A stretch of 63,586 bases of DNA, filler included, from Octopus bimaculoides (taxonomy: Eukaryota), in NCBI RefSeq assembly GCF_001194135.2. It is 7 parts of 6 records of this genome, joined end to end, with 100 filler letters (N's around TTAATTAATTAA, not from the genome) between each part and the next. Parts side by side here need not be neighbours in the genome. Positions count along the whole stretch, not along the records: positions 60,015 to 62,425 come from NC_068991.1; positions 62,526 to 63,586 come from NW_026328894.1; 5 more parts are not named here. The stretch is one strand, 5' to 3'. Of this stretch, positions 61,478 to 63,586 are shown piece by piece (the stretch's first letter is position 1; every line of letters starts with the position of its first letter). The position numbers and the translations under genes were made by a program. The notes below the pieces were generated by a model, which did not search any database, had not been told where the DNA came from, and was given only the letters and a program-made list of their open reading frames with translations.

Positions 61478-63586
61478 GTAATTGATGTTCTTACTTTGAT
61501 ATTATTGGAAGCTATAATTTAATTACATTGTTCTTTAATCTGGAGTTTAAATCTGATAGGAGTAAACTGGAACTCTTCCAGTCATAGAAAACTGATTATT
61601 CTGGACTTTATTGAATGAATTTATCATGACCCGAATTTGATACGGCTGCGATTCCTGATTAAAGACAATTCTTTTTCTTTACGTCGTTAAGACACTCGCA
61701 AAATGTATAAGGATCTCGTAAGAGCATTAAAATGCCAACATTTAATATTTAGAGTTTAAGTCATCTCTTGTCATTGAATGTAAAACAAAATTTGAAAACA
61801 AATAATATAAAAATAAGACAACTCCAAATCTTCGTGGTAGACATGACAGAAAAGAAAGGAGAAATATTTAGAAAGTAATTATAAAGAAGCAGATAAGGTA
61901 AACTAGAAGAGTATCATTGATAGAGAGGAAGAAAAAGATAGAATTAAAGGCAAATGATATATTTCAGATAGTTATAGGATTGGTGAACAGTCTAAGAAAT
62001 TAGACAATAATATTAGTCGTCACTCTACATTACATCTGATTAATAAATCTTTAACAATGACTTACTACTATAAATATGCTTTTCAGCGGTAAAATGCATA
62101 ACATTTAACCTTTCACATAATCCTTACAGTATATTTATGCTACTCCTCTATTATGGTTTGTCTGGATTCTGAAAGATAAAAGCATAACACACTCAGGTAC
62201 GGTGGTCATTAAAAGAATTTATTAAGCCATATTTTACTTCATCGTCGTGCAACTTTTGAACTTCTAAAAAATAAACTTTGTAATGACATCTCCATTGGAT
62301 TCATTAAATTCTAAGTCTGAATTTATTTAAAATTGTCAATCCGAAAATCCGTACGAAATTCAAAATTTATTTTCCCCCGCAAATTGAATCCTCATTGGTG
62401 GATTTTTTGATAATTTAAAAAATCTNNNNNNNNNNNNNNNNNNNNNNNNNNNNNNNNNNNNNNNNNNNNTTAATTAATTAANNNNNNNNNNNNNNNNNNN
62501 NNNNNNNNNNNNNNNNNNNNNNNNNATATATATATATATATATACACATACAGACATATCAAATCTCGACATCTTCAAAGACCTTTGTAAATTATGATAG
62601 TGAAGCACCCATGATCACCATGAAATGCGTTGATGCATTGCATTCAATAATGAGCGAAAAATTCATAAAATAACCATCTACTGAAAAAAAACCAAAAAAA
62701 CTTTGGTGTTCAAGATGATCATCAGCCTCGTTTTACCTCAACACAATGCATGTAGTCAAAACATGAAATCAATTTGCCAAACATATCCGTATCTATGAGG
62801 TCCTAATCGAACTGAAAACTTTAAAAAAACGAAAGAGAAAAAATCTATAGATATTATAAAACGAAAAATGAAAGTCCAAATAAAATGAAATACAAAGGAG
62901 AAGATTTCGGCAAATTAGCGTAAAATTCTGCATTTACTAAAATATGCAGGAAAATGTTGTGCAACAGGATTTGTGGCAGAAACGGAGATTTGAAGAAGCA
63001 AAAGAGCAATTACGAATAAACTAAGATAAATAAAACACTAAACATATAAATAAGAAAATGAAGTAACGAAAGAAAATGGCCGAACATTTTACAGTTGCTG
63101 TCTGTGAAACAAATACTTGACAGAATGCTGCTTCTTAACAACGCTGGGCTGTTGTTGCGAAAAATTTACCGATATGTGCACGCGACAATTGTGAATTTAT
63201 GTAAATTTGATGAGGATTACTAATTTACATATATGTAAATAATATGCTTAAATTATGTATAGACGTAATTATGGGTATAGAACTATACACAGCGCTGGGC
63301 AGATATATTGTGTCTATACAAGCCTTTACCCAAGTATCGCGTAATGTGTGTATGTATACACAAGTGTATGTAAATATGCATGTATGTATATATGTCTGTG
63401 TATGCATGCATGATTGTATATTTCTGTGTATGTATAAACGTGTCTAAGTTACTGTGCTACTTTGTGGTTACAATATATAAATATATATACATATAAATGT
63501 GAGGATAAATTTTAGATTAATATCTTTAGGAATATATATATATGATTACATAATATATAGTTAATAACTATGCATGTATATATAAT

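Noticed and set aside
62594-62680. Minus-strand acceptor followed by DGYFMNFSLIIECNASTHFMVIMGASLS*
   Set aside because: Short, no recognisable family and no linked upstream exon

Overview
AT-rich, microsatellite- and SINE-dense animal genomic DNA. It is most likely an octopus (inference from repeat style and the [16 protein letters not shown]-type zinc-finger gene). The window is a draft scaffold with many N gaps, including six artificial 100-bp spacers (N44-TTAATTAATTAA-N44), so adjacency across those joins is uncertain. Protein-coding content: (1) a + strand FHAD1 orthologue, traced by hand as 14 phase-consistent GT-AG coding exons (5123-22330, about 889 codons, FHA domain plus coiled coil). 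It has a probable non-coding first exon and RFX X-box-like promoter motifs; its 3' exons were not found in this window. (2) A 5'-truncated tandem C2H2 zinc-finger exon (31471-32346, 10 complete fingers) followed by decayed fingers. (3) Two exons of a divergent SLC22-family transporter (60105-61477) that the ORF track misses. The rest is mobile DNA: several tRNA-derived SINE families; relics of mariner, Tc1, maT-like, Tigger/pogo, piggyBac and Merlin transposases; hAT and piggyBac MITEs with target-site duplications; a CRE-like LINE tip; and an RTE-like LINE 3' end with three C2H2 fingers. The most interesting items are several distinct minimal hammerhead-ribozyme-like motifs (Penelope-type, palindromic stem III, one with a core insertion), the triple-zinc-finger LINE tail, the remodelled SLC22 substrate pocket and the X-box pair upstream of FHAD1. 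I found no clear wholly new multi-gene system. Family assignments rest on recalled motifs, not database searches, and SINE/relic boundaries are approximate unless a TSD or TIR is given.
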